Shown here piece after piece: positions 1-11,288 of a stretch of 64,000 nucleotides of DNA. Source of the stretch: Ramazzottius varieornatus. Lineage: Eukaryota > Animalia > Tardigrada. Where the stretch lies: positions 1,240,001 through 1,304,000 of the forward strand of contig BDGG01000008.1 of assembly GCA_001949185.1 (NCBI GenBank), written 5' to 3'. The notes below the pieces were generated by a model. The model saw only the letters and a list, made by a program, of their open reading frames with translations. It ran no database searches and was not told the origin of the DNA. The translations under genes and the position numbers were made by a program. The stretch's first letter is position 1. Every line of letters starts with the position of its first letter.

Positions 1-1422
1 AGTTTTCCCCCGTCAGTACGGTTTCAGAGAGTCCAGGTACTCGTCAGACCCTTTTATCGAGTTATATTGGTATAGTAGGATATGGGTTCCGGCAGACCCA
101 TTTTCCGGAACATTATTTTTGCTACCAAATGAGTGAAATGACCCTTTTCCGACATGAAGTCTGAGAGAATATTCAGGAATCAGGAGCACGCGAAGGTAGC
201 TTTGCCGCACCTCGCCGTGGCTCAAAGTCTCAAAAAAAATTTCGCCCTTTTGGGACGTTATTTGAGGAAACTTAAGAGCGATTAACAGCTGAATCTTCCC
301 AGCCTGGGGCTTCGGTGTCAAAACGATTGTATGTGTAGTCTAACACTGTGCGACGCCATTCTAATGTCAAGGTTTTTTCGGATGAAAATTCGAATCCCTT
401 CGGCTCTGCCTGACGTGGCCGTTTGACCAGTGGTCAGTTGGCCTAATGGCTTCTGCGTTACGTCCCTCAACGTTTGTTCCAAATCCCATGGGCTGCCAAA
501 ACTTCGAAAACCGATTCCTGAACAATCGTGTTATCAGTCAATGTTCCGGCTAATGGAGGCCGAAACCCATATGAAGGAAGTCATTTCGGACTGGGCGATA
601 TGGTCAATGGTCGAAATTGTTCAGGAAACAATTTTTTCATCTGGGGTACTTTGGGGTGGTTTGAAACAGCTGACGCAGACTTGTGCATCAGTTGTCGGCG
701 CTGCTTCTGGTCCAAAGTGCAGAGTGATCAGATGGATGGTGATAAAGTTGTAAATGGTGGATGGATGTTATCAGTGAACTTTGGACCGGGCTGGTTATTG
801 CACGTTTCGTTGCTTGGAACGTTTGCTGCAAAGCTCTGTAGGACAGTACAATCTGAGACCGGCTACGGTTACAACTCAGAACGTGGAAAGTACTCGGTTT
901 ACGTCAGGCAGATCGAAGATCAAACAAAAAATGATGTCAAGGAGGAAACGAAGCCATTTGTACAGGAGTTCACGTGGCTGGCTGTCGCGATCAAACACCA
1001 AACGTCCACTCCTGCTGCCTGAAACGGAGTGGTAAGCCCTTATGGTTAGCCAAATTGATTCTCGAAAACAACCCTTGGCAAGGGTCCACGCGAGTCACTA
1101 ACCCCTGCCCTTCCTACAGGGGTTGGTCAGCAGAAAGGATGACCACTGGTCAACGGTGACTTGTGGGTGCGCAGAGCTGCGCATTGGTCATCGAGTGTTC
1201 GTCATTGAAACCAACAACCTGATTTTGTTAAACTCGTTCCAGGACCCGTAGGATCAAACCACCCAGTGCCAAAGTTAAATAATTGAAAAAATCATTTGGC
1301 ACTGGGTCACTGTTGCGTTCCACCGCTGCTTCACAATATCAAGTACTGTACGGCCCAACTCCCGCCGTCAGACCACCAATCGATGGGTTTTTTCCGGTAG
1401 ATCTCGACAAGACATGAAGACA

Positions 1423-1478
1423 AGCAAACTAGAGTCCATATATCCTGCAGGATATATGGACTCGACTCTGAGCAAACT
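1423..1478. repeat. 32-bp perfect palindrome inside a 40-bp insert flanked by 8-bp direct repeats
   Basis: GAGTCCATATATCCTG|CAGGATATATGGACTC at 1432-1463; AGCAAACT at 1423-1430 and 1471-1478. Confidence 0.8.
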
Positions 1479-1878
1479 GTTCGCTTAACAATTCATTCAT
1501 CCCTCCAGAGTAAGAGGTGAACGACATAATTAGGGCATATCAATTTTCCCACCATAATTCGGGCAACGCAAAAGGTTTGAACATTACCTTCAACGCTTGA
1601 TTCATCTCTCATCGTACGTGTGTTGATACAATATTACCTTTTTTACCATTGGACAGACCCATCTCTATCCCCGGCCAAATTCCCGTAATTTACAACGCTT
1701 TCCCGTTCTCAAACCTATTGAAACCTCGGGGAGAGGGATCAGTCTACCTCAGGAAACAAGAAGCGGTTCATTACGCGCAGCAGGAGCTGAGAAAACATAT
1801 GCCCGAATTCGAGTGAAAAACCCCTATGCCCGAACTATGTCGTTTACCTCGTACCAAAAGTTATTCCCAAAAAGCTGT

Positions 1879-1892
1879 CCGGAAGTGACGTC
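1879..1892 (+). promoter_or_regulatory. Overlapping ETS/CRE-like motif upstream of USP10
   Basis: CCGGAAGTGACGTC lies ~240-390 bp upstream of the candidate USP10 starts. Function is inferred from the motif only. Confidence 0.3.
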
Positions 1893-2270
1893 GTCAGTGG
1901 CGCATCACCCCCTCTCTGCGTCCTCTCTCCTCGAGGCTTTCGGGATCTTCAAAAAGCGCTCTGCATGTTGATCGAACACCGGTTTTTCGGTTTATTGATG
2001 TAGAAGTTGCGCAATCGTGACAGATTCCGTTGCAGTTTGTAATCTGGCAGCGCGAACGCGACAGTTGCTTGAATCTCGATATATTTATATTAGGCGGCGT
2101 AAATCACACGTCCAATGGCGTCCATCAGTCGGAAGTCTGAAATACTTGAATGATCTTCCGTTGATTATGTTCGCACCTTAATCTGTTCCGCAGACGGAAT
2201 CGCTGCAGCGTCACAAGGAGCATTGAAGTAATAGCAGCTACAGGACACTGTTGGACTGTAGTCAACTACT

Positions 2271-4170
2271 ATGGAGAAGCCCCACGACAGCCTAACGGAA
2301 GTGTCATGGATAGTTGAAGTGAAAGGACCTCTCCCGGATGTTGTCCCTACAGAGAAACCACGGGAGGATGTCGTCGCTGCAGTCGAGCCTACCGCACCAG
2401 TACAGCCGACAGCTCCTCCGCCAAAGAAATCATGGGCCGACCTAATGAAGCCTGTTGCTTCGTCATCTCCGACTCCCAAGAACGACGTCAACCTTTCCTT
2501 ACCACAACCACCGTCAAGCACCAAGACCAACATTCGGACCGGACGCTCGTCGTCGATAACGCCTCAGCCATTCGTCGTGACTTCCGAGGCAGAGCGACAA
2601 CATACCGAAGAGGAAAAGATTCAGCGATTGGGAGAGATTATGTTCTCGAAGAATTTGCTTGGTGCTGAAAAGAAGTTTGACCATCGTACACTCTTCCTGA
2701 CTCCTCGTGGAATGATGAACCGTGGAAATGCTTGTTATATGAATGCCGTGTTGCAAACGCTGATATTCTGCCCTCCGTTCTTCCACTTACTCGGTAAGGA
2801 CTTTCATGACGAAAATTTCGAATTTTCATTTGGTTTATTCGAATGAATGTTGTTTTGTTTTTAGAGTCATTAGATGTTCCATCGTACGACGACGATGATC
2901 AAGTGGCCCAACTTCCGCCGATAACTGACGCATTTGTCCGCTTAGCTAAATGTTTCCACAGGATACCAAAGACGGGAGCGCGGAATGCGCATCTACGGAC
3001 TGAAGATCCCGCAGTCGATCCGAGCTTCGTTTATGACACATTAGAAGAGCACGGTACAGCATCGCACAAGGAAATGCTGTCTCGTGGATCACAAGAAGAC
3101 GCACAGGAATCTCTCAACCATATTCTGTTGCTGATACATGAAGAGATGGCGAAGGCGGAAGCGACGATCAGGGACGACCATGATGGAAGAACGAATGGCG
3201 TAGATGCACAGTGGAACGACGAATGGACTAACATCAACAAGAAGCAGAAGAAGAGCATCATGAGAAGCTGTGTCGACTTTAAAGATACTCCTATCTCGGG
3301 CGTGTTTGGAGGGAAGCTGAGGTCGATACGGAAACATCACGGCGCGAAAGAGTTCGAGAACGTCGAGCCGTTCTTCATGTTAGATTTACCCATCCAGGTT
3401 CGTGCCGGGGGAAAATGTTGTTGATGACCAGACGTTGGCAAATGGATTGGCTCAGTTCGTTCTTCTAAGCGGCGCACGCACTCAGCCACCATCACGGAAG
3501 ACGTGCGCCACTTGGGATAACAATCGAACTTGAAAAGGTCGTTTTCCCAAGCGGCGCACCCAATCAGCAATACCAATGAAAATGTGTGCCGCTTTGGAAT
3601 AACCACCTGGGGAGGTCATTTGTCGACGACGCCGACGTTCCAGTTTTCAGCGGAATCTATACCTTCGTATTCTTTCAGGATCCGAGAGTAAAGAGTGTCT
3701 TTCAAGCCATCGATAGGTTCATGGGTACCGAAACACTCCACGGTTACGTCGATCGCGGTCAGGAAGTTCGCGCACAACGCCATTACAAGTTCGAAGAGCT
3801 TCCGGCGGTCCTTATCCTCCACCTGAAGTATTTCGAATACTCTCCCACTGGTGGCTTGGCCAAGCTTCAGAAGAACATTGAATTTGAAGCCACACTCAGA
3901 CTCCCTGAAAGATGGTTCGCCGAACGACACTTCAACCCAGCCAAGTCTGTCTATCGGCTGTCCGCGGTCGTTTACCATTACGGCGAAGGAACGGAAGGTG
4001 GCCACTACACGGCCTGTATGTATCACCCGGCGTCTCCTAGTTCGTGGATTGAGGCGAATGATTCGGTGGTTAGTGTTGTCGGGTTTGACTACGTTCGAGC
4101 TCCGCAGTTTAACCGAGTGCCTTATTTGCTGTTCTACCGGCTGCAAACCAACAATTACACTGAATCCTGA
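2271..4170 (+). CDS. USP10: Ubiquitin carboxyl-terminal hydrolase 10-like (spliced; true start may be upstream near 2115)
   Basis: KSWADL motif, Cys box GMMNRGNACYMNAVLQTLIFCPPF, QEDAQE, His box HYGEGTEGGHYTA and WIEANDS; GT-AG introns near 2794-2864 and 3398-3679. Confidence 0.85.
3428..3633. mobile_element. Palindromic ~124-bp family, dimeric copy (USP10 intron)
   Basis: Two GYGGCGCAC-N24/25-GTGYGCCRC hairpin cores between GGCAAAT...ATTTGTC outer arms. Confidence 0.7.
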
Positions 4171-4349
4171 ATATTAATGGTACTGCTTTTACGGTAACGT
4201 GAATACTTTGGTAAATTCTGCGGCAAATTTTTAGCTTCTTCGATAACGTCTTCCCTCCATTTGATTTTTATCGGCTTTCCACATTTTGTTTCGAGATAAG
4301 TTTCCATGAAAGACTTGAAAGTCATTACATGTGTGCTCGAACTTTAAAC

Positions 4350-4350
<1 letters not shown>

Positions 4351-4385
<35 letters not shown>
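4351..4385. repeat. (TG)17 microsatellite
   Basis: Read directly from the sequence. Confidence 0.95.
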
Positions 4386-4387
<2 letters not shown>

Positions 4388-4673
4388 ATCTCATTCCGAT
4401 GGAAACGTAGGTGAGTTCACCGCTTGTGGCCGTCATGTTGACTCTTCAGACCTTCCGTACTGTTCTCGGCGAGGAGAATGGAGTTTACCTTTTGAAGGCA
4501 AGATAAGCGTGCTCGTTTTACAACGGCGAACCAAATTTTCCGTACGCGTGGCTTCCGTGGCATTTAGTCGTGGTGTCTCGAGTCTTTCGATCGCCATCGG
4601 ACGTTAACGTTGAAGTAACTTTTCTCTTTCCATCAGGTATGTAACTGGGATTTAGAGCGCTTCCGTTTCCGGA

Positions 4674-6618
4674 ATGGCCGATCCTAACCAGCCGCGTTAC
4701 GTGCACACGGACACTCCGCACCCGCACGTGTCCGCGTCATCACCCCCAGATGCTAACCCCAAAAAGAATGTATGGCCTTCTTACTACATCGAACTGCAAT
4801 CTCTGGGTTCGGGAGCTTACGGAACTGTGGTGTAAGTGGCCTAAATTTTGGAAATTCAAGAGAAACCAAAGTGGTACGGACAACCAGGTTTATTTTCTAC
4901 AGTGAGGCGGTGGACAAGAGAAACGGCCGGAAGGTAGCCATCAAGAAGCAATTCACAAACTTCAGTGTGGTGGACAAGAAAGCCAAGCCTGTTCTGGCCT
5001 TGCGAGCGTACAGGGAGCTACTGCTGCTGTGGACCTTCAGAGGTCATCCGAACGTAAGGTTGTTGTGTTTTGAGTGTAGCTTCGTTGTCCATAATGGTCA
5101 TCAACTGGCAGATACTGCATCTACTTGACGCATTTCCCCTGCAAGCCGACGCAACGATGGGAACTTTGTGCACGGTGACCAACAAGGTGGACACAGACTT
5201 GGCGGCAGCTTTGCAGCACAAAAGAATAAAACCAGACATGAGACCGATCATCATGTACGGTGTTTTATGCGGGATGAAGGTAAAGGTCACACGGTTCCAT
5301 AAGGCTTTCTCATCCGCATCGCCACCATTAAAGGGAACTTTGGTGTCTGACATTGTGTTGCTCCTTTACATAGTACATTCACTCGGCGGATGCAATTCAT
5401 CGGGTATGTGACTTAATTTGTATGACTACTGTTATATCATCCTGTGAGACGAAGGGCTACTCGTGGCTTGTCCTGTGTACAGGATTTGAAACCGTCAAAC
5501 ATTGGAATTTCTTTCGATGACACCGGCAACGTTCGAGACGTCCGGCTTCTGGACTTTGGCTTGGCACGAAAATTGAAAGTTGAGATGTCCTATGTAGTGC
5601 AAACAATGTGGTATCGCGCTCCGGAAGTATGGCTCCAGCCCGGAAGATACACAAAAGCCAGTTAAGTAGGGCCAAATGAGTTTATATTGCCGTATCTGTT
5701 AGTAACTGCTCTCTCGTGTTTTGCAGTTGACCTTTGGTCCGTTGGGTGCATATTGGCTGAACTGATTACTGGGCAAGTTCTTATGCGCGGTGGAACAGGT
5801 GAGCGGTTTTTGGTGGAAGACCTATCCAGAGTTGATGTCCACTTACTTATATTACCATTCTAAAACAACCACGACCTCAAGACTTCGAAATTGTTGCAGC
5901 CTTCGGCGCACAGTTGGAAACAATCTATGGGTATCTGGGAGAAGCGGGTAAAGATTTCTTGGAGACCGTGGATCCCAGTGTATGTATCGGTTACGAAAGC
6001 CGCGGTTACTGTTTTCTCTACGCCAAATAAATCATTCAACAGATTTCCTCAAAACTACCTTCAGGTTTCTGTTCTAGTATATCGAGATGATGCACAAGTT
6101 CGAGAAGGAAAAATCCAGTTCGCAGCGCATACGGCTGTCCGAAGTCCTGCCGGGATCTACAGAACAAGGTAAAATTTTGTTTGTCGCAAAACTCGAAACA
6201 CGATGGGGATACTGTACCATCATACGCTTTTCATTAAGCTAACATTCGTTACACTGAACAAGCTGCGAAATTCATCGTTGCAGAGCGGGACCTGTTAGAT
6301 AATCTTTTCCGCTGGAACCCGGACCAACGCTTTACTGCTGCTCGGTGCCTGGAGCACCCTTATTTTGCGGACATAGTGCAGAAAAAGGGTCTCGGAGCAA
6401 GGTACTTGGGCGCCCATCCCGAAACACTGCAGGATTTTGAGAACTGGGATTATCGTACTCGACTTCTGGACCAGTAAGTTTTTCAGTTTATTCCCGCATT
6501 TTATGCAGTTCTGCAGTATAAGACTAACAGCCACGTTTGCTTTCCAGAATGGGTCGATGAGCAAATTAGTAGAATCATACGTGACCTGAGCAGGACCAAC
6601 GAGGCTCCAGCCGTCTGA
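4674..6618 (+). CDS. Atypical p38/SAPK-like MAP kinase, copy A (about 10 exons)
   Basis: Spliced translation gives LGSGAYGTV, VAIKK, RAYRELLLL, YIHSADAIHR|DLKPSNI, DFGLARKLKVEMSYVVQTMWYRAPE, DLWSVGCILAEL and RFTAARCLEHPYF. Possible frameshift near 6453, after the kinase domain. Confidence 0.85.
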
Positions 6619-7900
6619 TGGTTCGACAGACTGGAATTGCTCATGTGCTTCTGGTGGCAAGCTTCGCAAATTAATCGGTCATTCCTGCATATGTTTCCTT
6701 CGAACCATGTTGTAGTTACTGAAACAGCAAAATTTTGCGAACTGGGTCCGGTGCATGGGTATTGTCATGCACGGGATAAACCATGCGCTAGATAAACCTC
6801 TGGAAGACTACCAGTCCACCAATAAGAAAAGATGTGCAATACAGAGCACGCAAACACCCTAGGTCGTCAAAGGCGCCGATTTTCGCCCGTTTGATCAAGA
6901 CCGGCAGACGAGCATGTGTGATTAGATTATGAAAGTGAGGTGATACGCCCATATAGCGCGGTTTTCGATAGGCGCCCACAATTTCGGAGTTGTGAGTACG
7001 ATACCATAAAAGTGGTCTACATCTTGTCGGCAGCATCTGAACTTTTGAAAGCAAACCAGAACAGCAAACTTCCCCTCGGCATGGCAGAAAGGCTCACGGA
7101 ATGGCCGACTCGCCACCCGAAAACGGGCAGCGAACTGCTTGGAAAAAGAGCTTATGGTAAAGTATGGTGAGTATGCATAACTTCTCTAGCTTCCTAGTTT
7201 AGAAAATCAAAACCAGGCGCATATTGTGATAACTGATCCGCCGCAGGAAAGTTACCGAAACCAACAGCGGAAGCGCCACAAGGAACGTGGTACTCAAGGA
7301 ACAAGTAACCAACTTCCAGGTTTTGGTGGATCGAATGGGCAAGCCAGTTATTGCACTGCGCGCTTATCGAGAATTACTCTTTCTTCTCACTTTCCGGGGT
7401 CACCGTAACGTACATTTCACACCGGCTATCAGAGCGCCAGATTGAGCGCCACCGGAGAAAATTTTTTAACGATAGATAATTTATCTTCTGGACACGTTTT
7501 CACTTTGGGAAAAGAGTGAAATAACGAAGTTATGCACCGTCATGGATTTGATGGACATGGACTTGAAGGCCGCCATCGATAAAGAGTTGATCGCCAGAGA
7601 GCAGACAGCTCTCGTCGTATACGTCGTTCTTTGCGGATTAAAGGTACACGCACGGTGGGGTAGTTTGGGCCAGACGGAGAAGACGGCAAACTTAGATTTT
7701 GTATGGAAGCCAGAAACAGAAATCGGACTAATGTCGTAACGCAGTAAAATTCAACCGCAGAAAATTGTCGGTGACAATGGCCATCAGCTGATCAGCTGTT
7801 TTACTCACACTTCAAAGCTGCTGTGCATGGCTACTCGATTTTCTCTCGGAGAAGCCCTGGAATCGTTAGCTCGATATTCTTTCCGTAAACGTTTCTCGAA

Positions 7901-9941
7901 ATGTCCCAGCCCTTCAAGACCAAGCGGCCTCGGCGATACAACGAAGAAGCCCTGAAGGATGCGCTGTCTGCTGTCGACAATGTAATGGGGCTACGCGAAG
8001 CAGCTCGAGTTTTCAAAGTTCCGCGCAACACCGTTCCACGTTATGTGCAAGATACGAAGGCACGTAGGATGGGTAAAGAAAGAACGCTCAACGATTTTGA
8101 GGAAGGGCTGCTGGTTGATCTGCTCAAGAAATTCGGAAATACTGGATTTCCTCTCAACAAAACCCAGCTGCGCATTTTTGTAGACGAAATGGGCATTGCG
8201 AAAGTACAGTAATTTTTCTTGTCGAACGTTTTATAATAATAATTTCGAATGTTGACCTTTGTCAGGTGTTGGGATAATTTTCAGTAAGGAATGGCATCGG
8301 CGTTTCTTTCAGGAACAGAAAGAAATATCCCTTCGACTAGCCTCAAACGTTGACAGGAAGAAAGCACGAGAGTGGACTGTCGAATGTGCGGAATCATGGA
8401 TCGAGCTTCTCGGCGGGCTGAATGACCAAGGTTACCTTTCAAATCCAGAAGGAATCATCAAGCTTGATGAATCTGGCTTCGTTCTGGGTTTTGAAAGGGA
8501 AAGAGTTTATGCGGAGAAAGGGAAGAAACATGTGGTTTCATACACAGAAGGCTCAACAAGAGATCAAGTGACAACGCTGTTCTGTGGAAACGCAGCGGGC
8601 CGGATGTTCAAACCTCTGGTCCTGTTCATTTGGGCATCATGTATCATAATACTAACGACAAGCTCTATGTCGCAGTCAATCGATCGGACGTGATGGATCA
8701 CAAGGTGCTGACGGACTACTTCCGGCAGGAAGTTCTGCCGTATGCTCCCGACAAAGCAAGTCACGCTCTGCTAGCAAATATAAATTCCACGTTATCTATT
8801 TAATTTGTGGCTCTTTTGCAGTGTGTTGTACTAATGGATGGCCACTATAGTCACGTCACAAACATACAGCTCTTCAAGCTTTGTATCGAGTCCGGTAAAG
8901 ATATGTCTCATATGTCTACTTTCCGGTCAGACGGACAAGCTACAACCGCTAGATAGCTGCCCATTTGGAACCATGAAACCGAAGTGTTCGGCTTACAAGT
9001 CCTTCCATCTTATCGACCCGCAGTTTGAAGTAACACTAAATTATTGCAGTCTGTAAAAATTAACTCATGGACAAGATTTTGATACAAGGACGTACCGAGG
9101 TCCCTAAAAGGTCCGCGATTTGGCCGTTTTCCTACGAAGTTTTCATTGAATATCAGTCAGGGTTGTGCCGGGCACGGGTCTGACAGGAAACTTCTTAGAA
9201 AAAGGGCTAAATCGCGCACATTTTAGGGACCTTGATACGACCTTGTTTTGATACAATAGTTCTGACTTTCAGATTACTCGGAACACCTTCCCAGGAATTT
9301 TGGCGGAGCTGTGTACTCCAGGAGCCAGCATGTTTTCCTTCGAGTTTGAAGCGTTATTGAAGAGTGGTTTTCGCAAGACTGGTGTCTCCCCTTTTTCCCC
9401 TGACGTCATTCGTAGAACGGTCGATAAAGAGCTGATCAAGTACGACGAACCTTCCTTACCAGTGTTGGACACAGAAAGTTCCCCGATGAAGAAAGTAGCA
9501 GCCATCTTTCGTTCCGACAAGGTGAAAATGGATGACGGCATGGTCGAATCAAGCCTTGAGTCGATCGACCACATCCGGTCCAGTTACAAAAGCGTGGCGG
9601 ATACGGTTGTGTTTGCTGCAGGCAAGGCGTTCGCTTTTTCTAAGCCGAAAAAGCAACGGAAGGCGAAAGATACGCGGATTGCGCTGGAAGCAGGCAGAAA
9701 TATGCTCAACAGTGAGTATATGGAGGTGATTGAGCAGCGTCTGAAATTGCGAAAAGAGCCGAGCAAAACTACACCGAAGTCCCGTGGAGGGACGAACAGA
9801 AAAGGGATGGCCCGCGAACCTTCGCCGTCTGCTTGCCTTCCAGTACCGGATATTCCTTCCGCATCTGAACCAAAGTCCATGCCTAAGAAAAGTCGCAAAA
9901 AGAAAGTGTGCTCACCTGAGGAACCTTCCGCCTGCCCTTAG
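7901..9941 (+). pseudogene. pogo-type transposase (psq-like HTH, CENP-B-like HTH, DDE_1), frameshifted and intron-containing
   Basis: YNEEALKDAL..GLREAARVFKVPRNT, LDESGF, CGNAAG, MDGHYSH and KLQPLD motifs lie in different frames. Confidence 0.8.
9085..9245. mobile_element. 161-bp MITE with 8-bp TSD, nested in an intron of the pogo element
   Basis: CAAGGACGTACCGAGGTCCCTAAAA...TTTTAGGGACCTTGATACGACCTTG with ~55-bp imperfect arms; TTTTGATA at 9077-9084 and 9246-9253. Confidence 0.85.
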
Positions 9942-11288
9942 TCGAATGCTGATGTGGGTACGCTCGTACCAGCTCCTCCAAAGAAACGTATTGGGTCGAA
10001 GAAAGTGCAGTAGGTTCGCTTCGCTGGTTGTGACGACTTTGATTTCTGATTGTGATTGTAAACAGAGATTTAATATCTGGAGTATCTTGTTTTCGTATGT
10101 GCTTATGGTGGGCTTGTTCCGGAAAAAAATAATTTCAAAAAAAGTGTCATGCTTCGAGCTGCTCGTTCCGATACCCAGCACGAACGTGCAGCAGTACAAC
10201 CAGTAGTGCTCTTTTTTACACGAAGCAAGAAACTCCTGCCCGTGCCGCCGTAGCGAAACGGCCTGGCCCAAACTATTTACTGGCCCAAACTATCCCACCG
10301 TGCGTGTAGGGATCTCACGCTCTAACTTAGTGTAATCTCATAAGCATATTTTTCAGTACATACATTCGGTCGAAGTTATTCATCCGGTAAGAAAACGACA
10401 CCCCGCCCGGGGCAAAAGTGAAGATGCTGAAAACACTGATGTCTGTTTCTTACCATCCATCTGCTCCTTCAGGATCTAAAGCCTGCCAACATTGGGGTCG
10501 CATTTCAAGACGGTCGTGTTTCCTCAGTTAAGCTTCTGGACTTCGGACTGGCGCGGAAGCTTAAAGTGGACATGTCCCATCATGTTTTGACCCTGTGGTA
10601 CCGCGCACCGGAAGTATTGTTCCAGCCCGGACAATCTACTCCGGCGAGTAAGCCCGCAGTTTGACCAATACTTTACATAAAGATGGCCGTATTCAAAACT
10701 TTTCATAATTCGGATTGCTCTGCAGTTGACATGTGGTCCATTGGATGCATTCTGGCCGAACTGATTTCCAAGCAAGTCCTCATGAAAGGGACCTCAGAAC
10801 TGAATGGTATAGTTTTCTCCTTGTACCGGTACTTGGAAACTAAACAGGTTTCAATGTTAATGGTTGTGCCATTACAGGTCAGCTGAGAAAGATCCACGCA
10901 CAGCTAGGAAGCCCAGGCGCAACATTCATCCAAGATCGAGTGCACCGGGATGTAAGTTCGGTACAAGTAACTGATTGTCGTACTTGTATTTGTCAGCTTT
11001 GACGACTGCATTGGTAGTTCCACTGGTCTTTTCGTAGCACCGAGGTCTATTCTTTTTGCTCATGAATGAGCCCGAACAGTTCGCTCCATGGGCCGAAAAC
11101 ATTCCCGGCATGAACGAGCAAGGTATGTCCTACATCTTGGCAATTTCAAAAGTTGTAGCGGTGCTTCGGCACCCAAGATCTGATGTGATCAACCGGCAAA
11201 TCGTTCGACAGCAACCCAAAGTCTTACTCACCCGTATTTTCGGGATTTAGTCGAGCAACACGGGGATGGCGGACTATACACCGGAGTA

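Larger units (their letters stand above)
7647..10306 (+). mobile_element. pogo/Tigger-like (Tc1/mariner superfamily) DNA transposon, degenerate
   Basis: TIRs CACGCACGGTGGGRTAGTTTGGGCCAG at both ends; TA target duplication at 7645-7646 and 10307-10308; internal transposase remnants. Confidence 0.9.

Noticed and set aside
13-1159. ORFs 13-321(-), 430-753(+) and 528-1022(+), the last with a repeated MLSVN
   Set aside because: No recognisable domain, and I could not build a consistent splice model; may be part of a gene outside the window.
1261-1307. 13-bp stem hairpin ACCCAGTGCCAAA..TTTGGCACTGGGT as a terminator
   Set aside because: Eukaryotic context and no U-tract; most likely a small repeat remnant.
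1446-1459. GCAGGATATAT resembling a T-DNA border / oriT core
   Set aside because: Only ~10-11 bp match, it is part of a palindrome, and there is no bacterial or vector context.
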